A DNA stretch of 64,000 bases from Okamejei kenojei (taxonomy: Eukaryota). The notes beneath the pieces are model-generated. The model was given only the letters and a program-made list of their open reading frames with translations, made no database searches and was not told the DNA's origin. The translations under genes and the position numbers were made by a program. The stretch spans positions 7,502,001-7,566,000 of the forward strand of contig CM069133.1 of the NCBI GenBank assembly GCA_035221665.1. Reading direction: 5' to 3'. Positions within the stretch are counted from its first letter, which is position 1. The number at the start of each line of letters is the position of its first letter. Below are positions 48,150 through 60,374 of the stretch, in pieces.

Positions 48150-51100
48150 TATCATCTCCAGCTGCATCTCCAGCTGCTCTCCAGCTCTTGCTCCATCTCC
48201 AGCTCTATCTCAAACTCTTACTCCAATCAGCTCCATCTCCAGGTCCAACCAGCTCTAGCTCCATCTTCTACTCGATTAGCTCTATATCTCTAGCCCCATC
48301 TGTCTATGTGTCTCTCTCCCTCTCCCTCCCTCTCTCCCCTCTCTCCCCCCTCTCTCCCTCTCTCCCTCGAACATAAAAATAACATGCCTTAACACAATAT
48401 AAAACCTCTCCATCTCAAGCTCTGGTTCCATCTCCATCTCCAGGTATAGCTCCAACTCTAGCTCTATCTCTAGCTCCATCTTCAGTTCCATCTCCAGTTC
48501 CATCTCCATCTCCATCTCCACGTCCAGTTGTATCACCAAATCTAGCTCTAGCTCCAGGTCCAGCTCCACCTCCATCTTAAGCTCCATCTCCATCTCCAGT
48601 TCCATTTCCAGCTCCAGGTACCTCCGGCTCCATCTCCACCTCCGGCCCCATCTCCACCTCCTGCTCCAACTCCACCTCCGGCTCCATCTCCACCTCCGGC
48701 CCCATCTCCACCTCCTGCTCCAACTCCATCTTCAGCTCCAGCTCCAGATCCACCACCACCTCCAGCTCCACCTCCATCAGCAGCTCTAGCTCCATATTCA
48801 GCTCCAGCTCCAGATCCACCACCACCTCCAGCTCTAGCTCCAGTTCCATCTCCAGCTGCAGCTCCAGCTCCATCTTCATCTCCATTTCTAGCTCGATCTC
48901 CAGCTCTAGTATCTCCAGCTCCATCAACAGCTCTAGCCCCAGCTTAATCTCCAGCTAAATCTCCCGGTCTAACTCTAGCTCCATCTCCAGCTGCATCTCA
49001 AACTCTAGCTCCATATCCTGCTCCATTTCCTGTTCCAGCTACAGCTGCAGCTATATCTCCAGCTACAGCTGCATCTCCATCTCCTGTTCTATCTCCATCT
49101 CCAGTTACATTCCAGCTCCATTATTCCATCTCCAGCTCCATCTCCATCTCTAGCTCCACCTCCACCTCCACCTCCACCTCCATCTGCAGTTCCAGCTCCA
49201 TCTGCAGCTCCATCTCCAGCTCTATCTCTAGGTCCATCCCCACCTCCATATTCAGCTCTAGCTCAAGCTTCAGCTCCATCTCCAGCTCCATCTCCAGGTC
49301 CCTCCGGCACCATCTCCAGCTCGATCTTCAACTCTACCTGCATCTCCAGCTCCATCTCCAGCTTCTGCTCTAACTCCATCACCAGTTCCATCTCCAGCTT
49401 TATCTCTAGCTCCATCCCCAGCTCCATATTCAGCTCTAGCTCAAGCTGCAGCTCCATTTCCAGCTCCATCTCCAGGTCCCTCCGGTGCCATCTCCAGCTC
49501 CACATTCAGCTCTAGCTCAAGCTCCAGCTCCATCTCCAGCTCCATCTTCATCTGCAGCTCTAGCTCCATCTGCAGCTCCAGCTCCATCTCAATCTCTAGT
49601 GAAAACTACCTCCAGCTCCAGCTCCGCCTCCATCTCCAGCTCCAGCTCTAGCCTCAACTCCATCTTCAAATCTAGCTCTAGCACTAGGTCCATCCCCAGC
49701 CCTCGAGCTCCACCTCCAGCTGTAGATCTAGCTCCATCTCCAGCACCAGCTCGAGTTCCATCTGCAGCTCAATCTGCAGCTCAATCTCCAGCTCTATCTC
49801 CATCTAACGCTCTAGTTCTACCTCAATCTCCAGCCCTCTCCAGCTCTAGCTAAATCTCCATTCCCAGCACCAGCTCCATCTCCAACATTAGCTCCAGCTC
49901 CATCTTTAGCTCCACCTCCAGCTCAATTCCAGCTCCAGCTCTATTTCCAGCTGCAGCGACAGCTCCATCTCCATCTCTAGACCCAGCTCCATCTCCAGCC
50001 CTAGCTGTACCTCCATCACCAGCTCCATCTCCAGTGCTATCACCAGGTCCAGCTCCATCTCCATTTCTAGCTCTAGTTTCATCTTCAGTTCCAAATCAAA
50101 CTCCATCTCAATCGCCAGCTCTAGCTCCATCTCAAGCTTCTCCGGTTCCAGCTCTTATCTCTAGCTCTATCTTCAAATCCCTCCAGCCCTACTTTAAATC
50201 CACCTTCTCCACCTCGCTCCATCCCCAGCTCTAGCTAAAGCTCTATTTCCAGTGCCAGTGCCAGCCCCAGCTCTAGCTCCATCTCCTGCTCTAGTTTCAG
50301 CTCCAGCTCCAACTCTATCTCTAGCTCTACCTCCAGCTCCGTCTCCAGCTCTAGCTCCATTTCCATCTCAATTTCCAGCTCTAGCTCCATCTCCAGCTAT
50401 ATCTCCAGCTAGTGGGAGCTGGAGCGACAGCTGGAGATGATACATATCAAGATAGATATCCTGTACGAGTGCTATCTCCATCTAAAGCTCTAGTTCTAGC
50501 TCCAGCTCCAGCTGCATCTCTATCTCCTACTCTATTTCTAGCTCCATCTCTAGCTGTAGCTCCATCTCCAGCTCCAGCTCTAACTCCATATCCAGCTCCA
50601 TTTCCAGCTCTATTTCCAGCTCCATCTACAACTCCATCTCCAACTCTAGCACATGCTCCATTTCCAGCTCAAGCTATAGCACCATCTCCAGCTTAATCAT
50701 CAGCTCTAGCTCTAGCTCCGGCTCCAGCATCAGCTCTAGCTCCATCTCCAGCTCATTCTCCAGATATCTGCAGCTTCTGCTTGTTCAAGCTCTAGTTCCA
50801 TCTACATCTACATCTCCACCTCTATCTCCAGCTCTAGCTTTAGCTTCATCTCCAGCTCCATCTCCAGCGGTAGCTCCAGCTGAATCTCCAGCTCTATCTG
50901 CAGCACCAGCTCCAATTTCAGCTCCATCTCCATCTTCAGCTCCAATTCCAGCTCAAGCTCCATCTCCATCTCCATCTCCATCTCCATCTCCAGCACCATC
51001 TGCAGCTCCATCTCTAGCTCCAGTTCCATATCCAGCTCTCGCTCAAGCTCCATCTTCAGCTCCCTCCCCCAGCTCTAGCTCTACTCATTCAGCTCAGTCT

Positions 51101-53070
51101 CCAGCTCCTCCAGCACTAACACTATTTCCAGCGCCATCTCCAGCTCCAGTTCCATATCCAGCTCCCGCTCGAGCTCCACCTTCAGCTCCAGCACTAGCTC
51201 CATCTCCATCTCAATTGCCAGCTCCAGCTCTAGCTCCATATCAAGCTCCCTCCAGCTCCAGCTCCAGCACCAGCTCTATCTCAATCTCCAGCTCACTCCA
51301 GCTCTAGGTTAACTCCATCTCCAGCTCTAGTTCGGGCTCCCTCCAACTCCATCTCCAGCTGCAGCTCCAGCTCTACCTCCATCTCCAGCTCAATCTCCAG
51401 CTCTAACTCTAGCTCTATCTCCAGCTCCATCTTCAGCTCTAGCTCCAGCTCCAGCTCTAGCTCTACCTCCAGCTCTGTCTCCAGCTCCATCTCCAGCTCC
51501 ATTTCCAGCTCCATTTCCAGCTCCATTTGCAGCTCTAGCTCCAAATCCAGCTTTAGCTCTTGCTCCGTCTCCAGCTGTACAAGCTAGAGAAACATCTCCA
51601 GCTGTACAAGCTAGAGCACGATCTCCACCTCCATCTCCAGCTCCATTTCCAGCTCTAACTAGCTCTATCTCTAACTCCAGCAGCAACTCAAGCTGTAACT
51701 CTAACTCAAGCTTCAGCTCAAGCTCCATCTCCAGCTGCATCTCCAACTAGCTCCCGCTCCATCTCCAGCTCTAGCTCCATCTCCTGCTCCATTTCCTGCT
51801 CCAGGCCCAGCTGCAGCTGTATCTCCTGTTCTAGCTGCATCTCCTGTTCTATTTCCATCTCCAGTTCCAACTCCAGCTCCATCTCCAGCACCATCTCGTT
51901 CTCCTGCTCCTGCTCCAGCTCCGGCTCTAGCTCCATCACAAGCTCCATCTTCAGCTCTAGCTCTATTCCCAGCTCCATATTCAGCTATAGCTCAAACTGC
52001 AGCTCCATCTACGGCTCTACCTCCACCTCTAGCTACAGCTCTAGCTCCATCTCCAGCTCCACTTCCACCTCCATCTGCAGCTCCAGCTCCATCTCAATCT
52101 TCAGTTAACACTGCATTTTCAGCTCCAGCTCCGTCTCCATCTCCAGCTCCAGCTCTAGCTCTAGCCTCAGCTCCACCTCCAAATCTAGCTCGAGCTCTCG
52201 CATTAGGTCCATCCCCAGCTCCATCGAACTGCACCTCCAGCTGTAGATTTAGCTCCATCTGCAACTCAATCTCCAGCTCCATCTCCAGCTCCAGCCGTAG
52301 CTCCTTCACCAGCTCTAGCTGTAGACGTAGCTCCATATCCAGCTCTAGCTCTATCTCCTTCTCCGTCTAAAGCTCCAGTTCTACATCCATCTCCAGCTCC
52401 ATCTCCAGCTCTAGCTAAACCTCCATTCCCAGCTCCAGCTCTAGCTCCATCTCCAACACTAGCTCCAGCTCCTTCTTTAGCTCCATCTCTAACTCCAGCT
52501 CTATTTCAGCTCTAACTCGACATGGAGCTAGAGCTGGAGATGGAGATGGAACTCGAGATGGAGCTGGAACTGGAGCTAGAGTTGGAGGAAGAGCTGCTGA
52601 TGGAGATGGACCTGGAGCTGGAGATGGGGCTGTAGCTGAAAATTGAACTACAGCTAGAGCTAGAGGTGGAGCTAGAGTTGGAGATATAGCTGGAGATGGA
52701 GATGGAGCTAGACCTTAAGATGGGGATGGCACAGGAGCTGGAGTCGGTGCTGGACTTGCTGGAGATGGAGCTAGTACTGGAGATGGTGAAGTTTATATGG
52801 GGTGTTATGAGCTGTTATTATTATATAATACTGGAGAGAGCTCTAGGCAGAGATAGAGCTCGAGATAGATAGAACGCGATATAGAGATAGATATAGAGAT
52901 ATAGAAATAGATAGAGAGAGATAGAGATAGAGATATACAAAGTGATTCAAAGAGAGAGAGATATAGATAGATGGGGCTATTGATAGAGAGAGATAATGGA
53001 GTAGAAGATGGAGCTAGAGCTGGAGGTGGAGGGAGCAAGAGCTAGTGGGAACTGGAGCTACAGCTTGAGA
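48150..53070. repeat. AGCT-rich hexamer satellite block 2
   Basis: C-rich on + until ~52520, then G-rich; small inverted patch at 50411-50470. Confidence 0.95.
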
Positions 53071-56000
53071 TGATAGATATCGAGATAGAGAGAGAGATAG
53101 AGATAGAGATAAAGATATAGAGAGATCGATAAAGATATATTTATGGATGGACATAATGATTGAGAAATAGAAAAAGATACACTATAATAAACTATAATAC
53201 ACGATTACACACTAATACTATAATACCATAACACTATCACCTTATAATATACTTTATAATACACTAACACAATATAATATACACTATAAACACTAAACAC
53301 TATAATACTAACAGCAATAACAATATAATACATAATAAGATAACACATTAATGCATAATACATAATACGATAACACACTAATACTAAATTATATTATAAC
53401 ATTACAATAGAGCACTTTATAATACAGTATAACACTATGATAACATATAAAATTATGATACATATAACAGTATAACATACTATAACACAATAATACACTA
53501 ACACGATAATTACATTATAATATATATAATAACACACTATTATACTAAAACTATGACATTAACGCAATATATGCAAAATAACACTGCAACACACTATCTC
53601 ACTACATCTTACTAATGAAATGTATATAATACAACATATATCATAGAACAATAATGCCATAATCACACTTATAATTACACTACAATACGCTATAAATTTA
53701 ACATTTAACTATAACACACTATAAAAACGTTATAGTGTGTTTATAAAAACACTATAAAAACGTTACAATACACTACGACACACTATAATGCACTATAATA
53801 GTATAACTATAATACCATACAACGCATAATAATAAACTATAACACACTACGTCCCACTATAATACACTTTGCCAGACAATAATTCTGTAATGCAGTATAA
53901 TACAACATACGTTACATACGTTTAACAATATAACTAACATGCTACATCGATAGAGAGATAGATATAGATGGATGGAGATAGAGATATATTATAATAAACT
54001 ATCACACCATTACCAACAATATAATACTATAATGCGCTATACCCTTTTACAATATAACAATATAATATAAATGATACATATAACACACTAAAACATACAC
54101 TAAACTAACACATGTTATAAACTATAAAACATTATACCACGCAAACAGTATAATCACGATAATACATCTTCACGCTTAACACTAGAATCTGCTGTAACAC
54201 TATATTGCAATGAAATACACTATGCATCAGTATAACCTACTATATAGTGTTAGTGTTAGTGTGATTGTATATTTTAGTGTTAGTCTGTTATAGTGTTATT
54301 CTATTTTAGTTATCGTGTTTTGATAATGTTACATATGTATTATATGATACATATCAGACTAAAGCAGGTTGTGTTGTATTGTTGTCGTTATAATCTGTTA
54401 TAGTGCTATAATTGTGTCATAATTGACTGCATCGTTTTGTATAGTATTTTATAGTAACACATAATGTTATAAAATAAATAATACACCTTAACACGACATA
54501 ATACCCTGTGTTATGTGTACAGTGCACACTGTAACATGTACCAAAACACACTATGATATACACACTATCACACACTAACATACGATATCGCACATATATA
54601 CATCATATAACGCAATATACATTATAATACTTAACATTAGAATCTGCATAGAATATAAAACATTGTAAAATACTGTATAGTTTGTGCTATAGTTTATTGT
54701 AGTGTTTTTGTTAATTTTGCGTGTTATTCTAATGATAGTGAAAGTGTTAATGTGTTATAATATGTTACAGGATATTATATTATGTGTTGTTTTGTATTAT
54801 GGTGTCTACTAATGTATATATTGTGTATTATAAGTGTTGTAGTGTGTTATAGTGTGTTATAGTGTATTTTCCTGAATGTACGTGTAATTTAGTACAGTTA
54901 TGTTTATAATAGTGTATCGTATATAGTATATACAGTGTATAGGATAGTATAGTATAATAAACATAATTGTGTATTATAGTGTACCTTATTGCATTATATA
55001 TAACAATATAATGCAATAAGGTACACTATAATACACAATTATGTTTATTATACTATACTATCCTATGCACTGTATTACACAATGTTGCAGTGTGTGAAAG
55101 TGTTAATGTGTTAAATTTTGTGTTAGTGCGTTATGGTATGTTCTAGTGTTTTATAACGTAGTAAAGGTGTGTTATAGCGTGTTATACGGTGTTATATTGC
55201 GTTATAGTGTATTTTAGAGGTGTAATGTATTATAGTGCATTATAGTATATTGCAATGTGTTAGAACGTGGTAGTGCTATATTATAGTATAATGTATTATA
55301 GTGTGTTATAGTTATGAGTTGCAGTGCATCTGAGATAGTGTAATTATGCGTATTGTAATTTGTTACAGTGTTATAATGTATTATTGTGTATTACAGTGTG
55401 TTATTGTGTTAAACTGTATTATAAAGTGATAATGTGATATTGCTTTTGTGTAATATGGTGTATTATAGTGTATGATAGAGTGTATTATAGTGTGTTTCTA
55501 GTGTAATAGTATCCTAGTGTTATCGCTTATTAGTGTTTTGTATTGTTTATAGTGTTATACTATGTAGATTATAGTGTATTTAGTTGTTATATTATATTGT
55601 AATGTGACACATTACAGTATAATATACTTAAATACACTATCATCTACAGAGTATAACACTGTATGATAGTGCTTCTAGTGTAATAGTATCCTCGTGTTAT
55701 TATAGTGTACTGGTGTATTATAGTGCAGTTACAGTTTGATAGTGTTTTGTATTGTTTATAGTGTTATACTATGTAGATGATAGTGTATTTAGTTGTTATA
55801 TTATATTGTAATGTGTCACTATCACTAAATACACTATCATCTACATGGCATAACACTATAAAACAATACACTATAATACTATGTATTAACTATATTGTGT
55901 TAGACTGTGTATAACAATAACATTGTGTTAAAGTGTGTATATATATTATAGTGTGTAATAGTGTATTAGAATGTGTTATAATGTATTATATCATTTGATA

Positions 56001-58090
56001 TATTATTATATAGTACGTTATAATGTTAAAGTGTGTTTTTGTGTGATAGACTACATTAGTGTGTTATATTGTTTAGAGTGTGTTATGGTGTGTTATAAAC
56101 ACAGTTTAACACTTAATAACACAATACACAATAATACATTATAACACAATAACACACTATAACACTGGGATACATAACAATGCACTACAACATTGTACAC
56201 ATTGCAATATACTATAAAAGCACTATAATACATTACACCACTAAAATACACTATAACGCAATATAACACATTTTAACCGAATAACACACTATAAAACACT
56301 TTTAACACACTATAATACACCGTAACATACCATAACCCAGTCTAAACAGCACAATGACAATATAACAATATAATGCACTTTAGCACTTTCATACACTGCC
56401 ACACCCTGTAATACACCATAATAATATAATGCACTAAGGCACACTATAATACACAATTATGTTTATGATACTATACTATCCTATACACTGTGATGATACA
56501 CTATTATAAACATCTCACTGTACTAAATTACGCATAAATACAGGAAAATACAATATAACACATGATACACAATAACACGCTATAATACACTGTAACACAT
56601 TATAACGCACAAAACTAACAATAACACACTATAGTTAACTATATGGTATTTTATACTGTTTTATAGTATGTTACATTGTCTTATAGTGTTATAGTGTTAC
56701 AGCAGATTCTAGTGTGTTATAATGTATTATCGTACGATATCGTATTATAGTTAGTCTGGTGTGGTGTGATTGTGTGTTATCCGGTATTATAGAGGTACTA
56801 TGTGCTATATGTATTATATCGTGTTGTATATTATATAGTTTATAGCATTATATCCTACTACAATACCATATAAAACGATACTAACTTATGACACACAATA
56901 CAAAACTCTAATTTACTATTAAACAATATAATACACCATTATACATTAAAAACATTATAACATTAACATTATCACATTCAAAATATAAACACATATAAAA
57001 CATGACACATTATCACTATAATACATTCTAATATATTACATTATAAAATACTATAATACACTATAACACACTATACACACTACAACACGCTATATTATAA
57101 TCTCAGTGTAATTTACTATAACACATAACACACTATAATACATTATAATGTCTAGCACAATATAACAATATACTGTACCAAATTATATAACACTATCACA
57201 CGTTATAATAGAATTTAACACATAATCGCAATCTTTCATACACAATAATACATTATAACACTTTAACACACTATAGCACACTAAATACACTATAACAATC
57301 AGATACTTAATAATGCACTACGACATATAGCTATAACACCTTATGAAATACCGTATAATACAGCATAACTGCAATGCACCATAACATTTATAACTATAAC
57401 AATTTCAATATACTATAATAGTATTATGCACTATAACGCTATATAACACATCGCAACACCCTAATACGCACTATAATACACTATAACACAATATAACTAT
57501 ATAACACTATATAACACTTTCACACTTTCATTCACTGTAACACACTATAACAATACAATAATACATTTTTGCACATATCACACTAGAATCTGCTATAACT
57601 ATATTGCAATGAAACACACTATGAATCAGTATGACACTATATAGTGTTAGTGTTAGTGTGTTATGGTTTATTATAGTTTGTTATTGTATATTTGAGTGTA
57701 TTATTTTAGTGTGTAATAGTGTGTTATTCTATTATAGACAGTATTTTTATAATGTGTTACATATTATAATATGTTGTGTTCTATTGTTGTGTATTAATGT
57801 GTGATATAGTGTATTATAGCGTGTTATTGTGTATCATAAGTGTTATCGTGTATAATACAATAAAAGTAATTTTGTACTATAGCTGGTCTTAGTGTTATAT
57901 TGTAAAGTGTTATAGTGTATTATAGTATTAGTATGTTATAGTATTATGTATTATAATGTATAATATAATGTGTTAGTATATTATAAACTATATTATAATG
58001 TGTTAAAGGATTATAGTTTTTTTTGTACGTAGTAGTGTAACATAGTTATTATGGATATAGTTATCTCTCGCTCAATCTCTATCTCCAACC
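53071..58090. repeat. AT-rich block, copy 2
   Basis: 53946-58085 is colinear with 40660-46565 minus the insertions; 53071-53910 is the reverse complement of 47335-48150. Confidence 0.9.
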
Positions 58091-58098
58091 ATCTGTCT

Positions 58099-59608
58099 CA
58101 TAGAACCATAGAAACATAGCAAATAGGTGCAGGAGGAGGCCATTCGGCCCTTCGAGCCAGAACCGCCATTCATTGTGATCAAGGCTGATTGTCCCCTATC
58201 AATAACCCGTGCCTGCCTTCTCCCCATATCCCTTGACTTCACTAGCCCATAGAGCTCTATCCAACTCTCTCTTAATCCAGTGATTTGGCCTCCACTGCCC
58301 TGTGGCAGGGAATTCCATAAATTCACAGCTCTCTGGGTGAAAAAGTTTTTTCTCACCTCAGTCTTAAATTACCTCCCCTTTATTCTAAGACTGTGGCCCC
58401 TGGTTCTGGTCTCGCCCAACATTGAGAACATTTTCCTGCATCTAGCTTGTCCAGGTCTTTTATAATTTTATATGTTTCTATAAGATCCCCCGTCATCCTT
58501 CTAAACGCCAGTGAATACAAGCCTAGTCTTTTCAATCTTTCCTCATATGACAGTCCCGCCATCCCAGCGATCAATCTCGCGAACCTACGCTGCACTGCCT
58601 CAATCACAAGGATGTCCTTCCTTAAATTAGGAGAGCAAAACTGTACACAATACACCAGATGTGGTATCACCAGAGCCCTATACAACTGCAGAAGAACCTA
58701 TGCTCCTATACTGAAATCCTCTTGTTGTGAAGGCCAACATTCCATTAGCTTTCTTCACTGCCTGCTGTACCTGCACGCCAACTTTCAGTGACCGGTGTAC
58801 AAGGACACCAGGTCTCGCTGTACCTCCCCCTTACCTAATCTAACCCCATTGAGATAATAATCTGCCCCCTTGTTTTTGCCGCCGAAGTGGATAACCTCAC
58901 ATTTATCTATATTATACTGCATCTGCCATGCATCTGCCCACTCACTCAACCTGTCCAGGTCACCCTGCAACCTCCTAACATCCTCTTCACAGTTCACACT
59001 GCCACCCAGCTTTGTGTCATCTGCAAACTTGCTAGTGTTGCTCCTAATTCCCTCTTCCAAATCATTAATATATATAACAGTTGCGGCCCCAACACCGAGC
59101 CTTACGACACTCCACTCGCCACTGCCTGCCATTCTGAAAAGGACTCGTTCACTCCTACTCTTTGCTTCTGGTCTGCCAACCAATTTTCTATCCATGTCAC
59201 CACCCTACCCCCAATACCATGTGCTCTAATTTTAGTCACCAGTCTCCTGTGCAGGACCTTATCAAAGGCTTTCCGAAAGTCTAGATACACCACATCCATT
59301 TTACTTGTCACATCCTCAAAAAATTCCAGGAGATTAGTCAAGCATGATTTCCGTTTCATAAATCCATGTTGACGGACTAATCCTTTTACTGCTATCCAAA
59401 TGCCCCATTATTACCTCTTTAATAATTGACTCCAGCATCTTTCCCACCACCGGTCAGGCTAACTGGTCTGTAATTCCACGTTTTCTCTCTCGCTCCTTTC
59501 TTGAAAAGTGAGATAACATTAGCTATCCTCCAATCCACAGGAACTGATCCTGAATATATTGAACATTGGAAAATAATCACCAATGTGTCCACAATTTCTA
59601 GAGCCAGT
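58099..59608 (-). mobile_element. CR1 LINE (RT and 3' end)
   Basis: SCLTNLLEFFE, YLDFRKAFDKV, SKFADDTKLGG, YCVQFCSPNLRKD; CATAGAAAC tail at 58099. Confidence 0.92.
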
Positions 59609-59638
59609 TTCTCTACAACCTTAGAAACAGAAACATAC

Positions 59639-60010
59639 TAGCTCTAGTTCCAGGTCCGGCTCCACTAGCTCAAGCTCCATCTTCAGCTCCATCTCCAGCA
59701 TTGTCTACAGCACCATCTCCATTTCTAGCTCTATCTCCAGCTCCAGCTCAGGCTCCATCTCCAACAGTATCTCCAGCTCCATCTCTAGTATAACAGTTAT
59801 AAAACAATAAACTATCATAACACACCATAATAGACGACACTGTGACTATTTTAGGTATGGAGCTATATAGTGTCGTCTACTGGTCTGTAATTCCCCGTTT
59901 TCTCTCTCGCTCCTTTCTTGAAAAGTGGGATAACATTAGCTATCCTCCAATCCACAGGAACTGTTCCTGAATCTATTGAACATTGGAAAATGATCACTAA
60001 TGCGTCCACT
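59639..60010. repeat. Duplicated satellite/linker/CR1 junction (paralogue of ~2420-2805)
   Basis: Shared ATAACAGTTATAAAACAATAAACTATCATAAC...TAGGTATGGAGCTATATAGTGTCGTCTACTGG followed by the same CR1 breakpoint. Confidence 0.9.
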
Positions 60011-60374
60011 GTTATAGGTATAATTTTATATCTTATGATATAGTGTTATACTGTATTAGAAAGCATTATATTGTAATGTTATAATCTAGTATGTGTGTTA
60101 TCGTATTATGTATTATAGTATCAGTGTGTTATCTTATTATGTATTATAATGTTAATGTTTAGTATTATAGTGTTTAATGTTTATAGTGCATTATAATGTA
60201 TTATATTGTTAGTTTTACAGTATATTATAAGTTGATATAGTATTATAGTATTAGTGCATAGTGTATCATTTTCCATAGTTCAATCACTATATCTATCCAT
60301 CTATATATATCTTTAACAATCTTTAACATATCTATATATGTATCTCTTTCTCTATCTCTATATCTATCTTGATA

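Larger units (their letters stand above)
40100..48150. repeat. AT-rich TATAACAC/GTGTTATA low-complexity block, copy 1 (strand-flipping, with insertions)
   Basis: Alternating AC-rich and GT-rich segments that are mutual reverse complements. Confidence 0.9.

Noticed and set aside
59838-59844. CACTGTG heptamer in the duplicated linker as a RAG-mediated junction
   Set aside because: No nonamer at the proper distance, and the paralogue at ~2631 reads TACTGTG.
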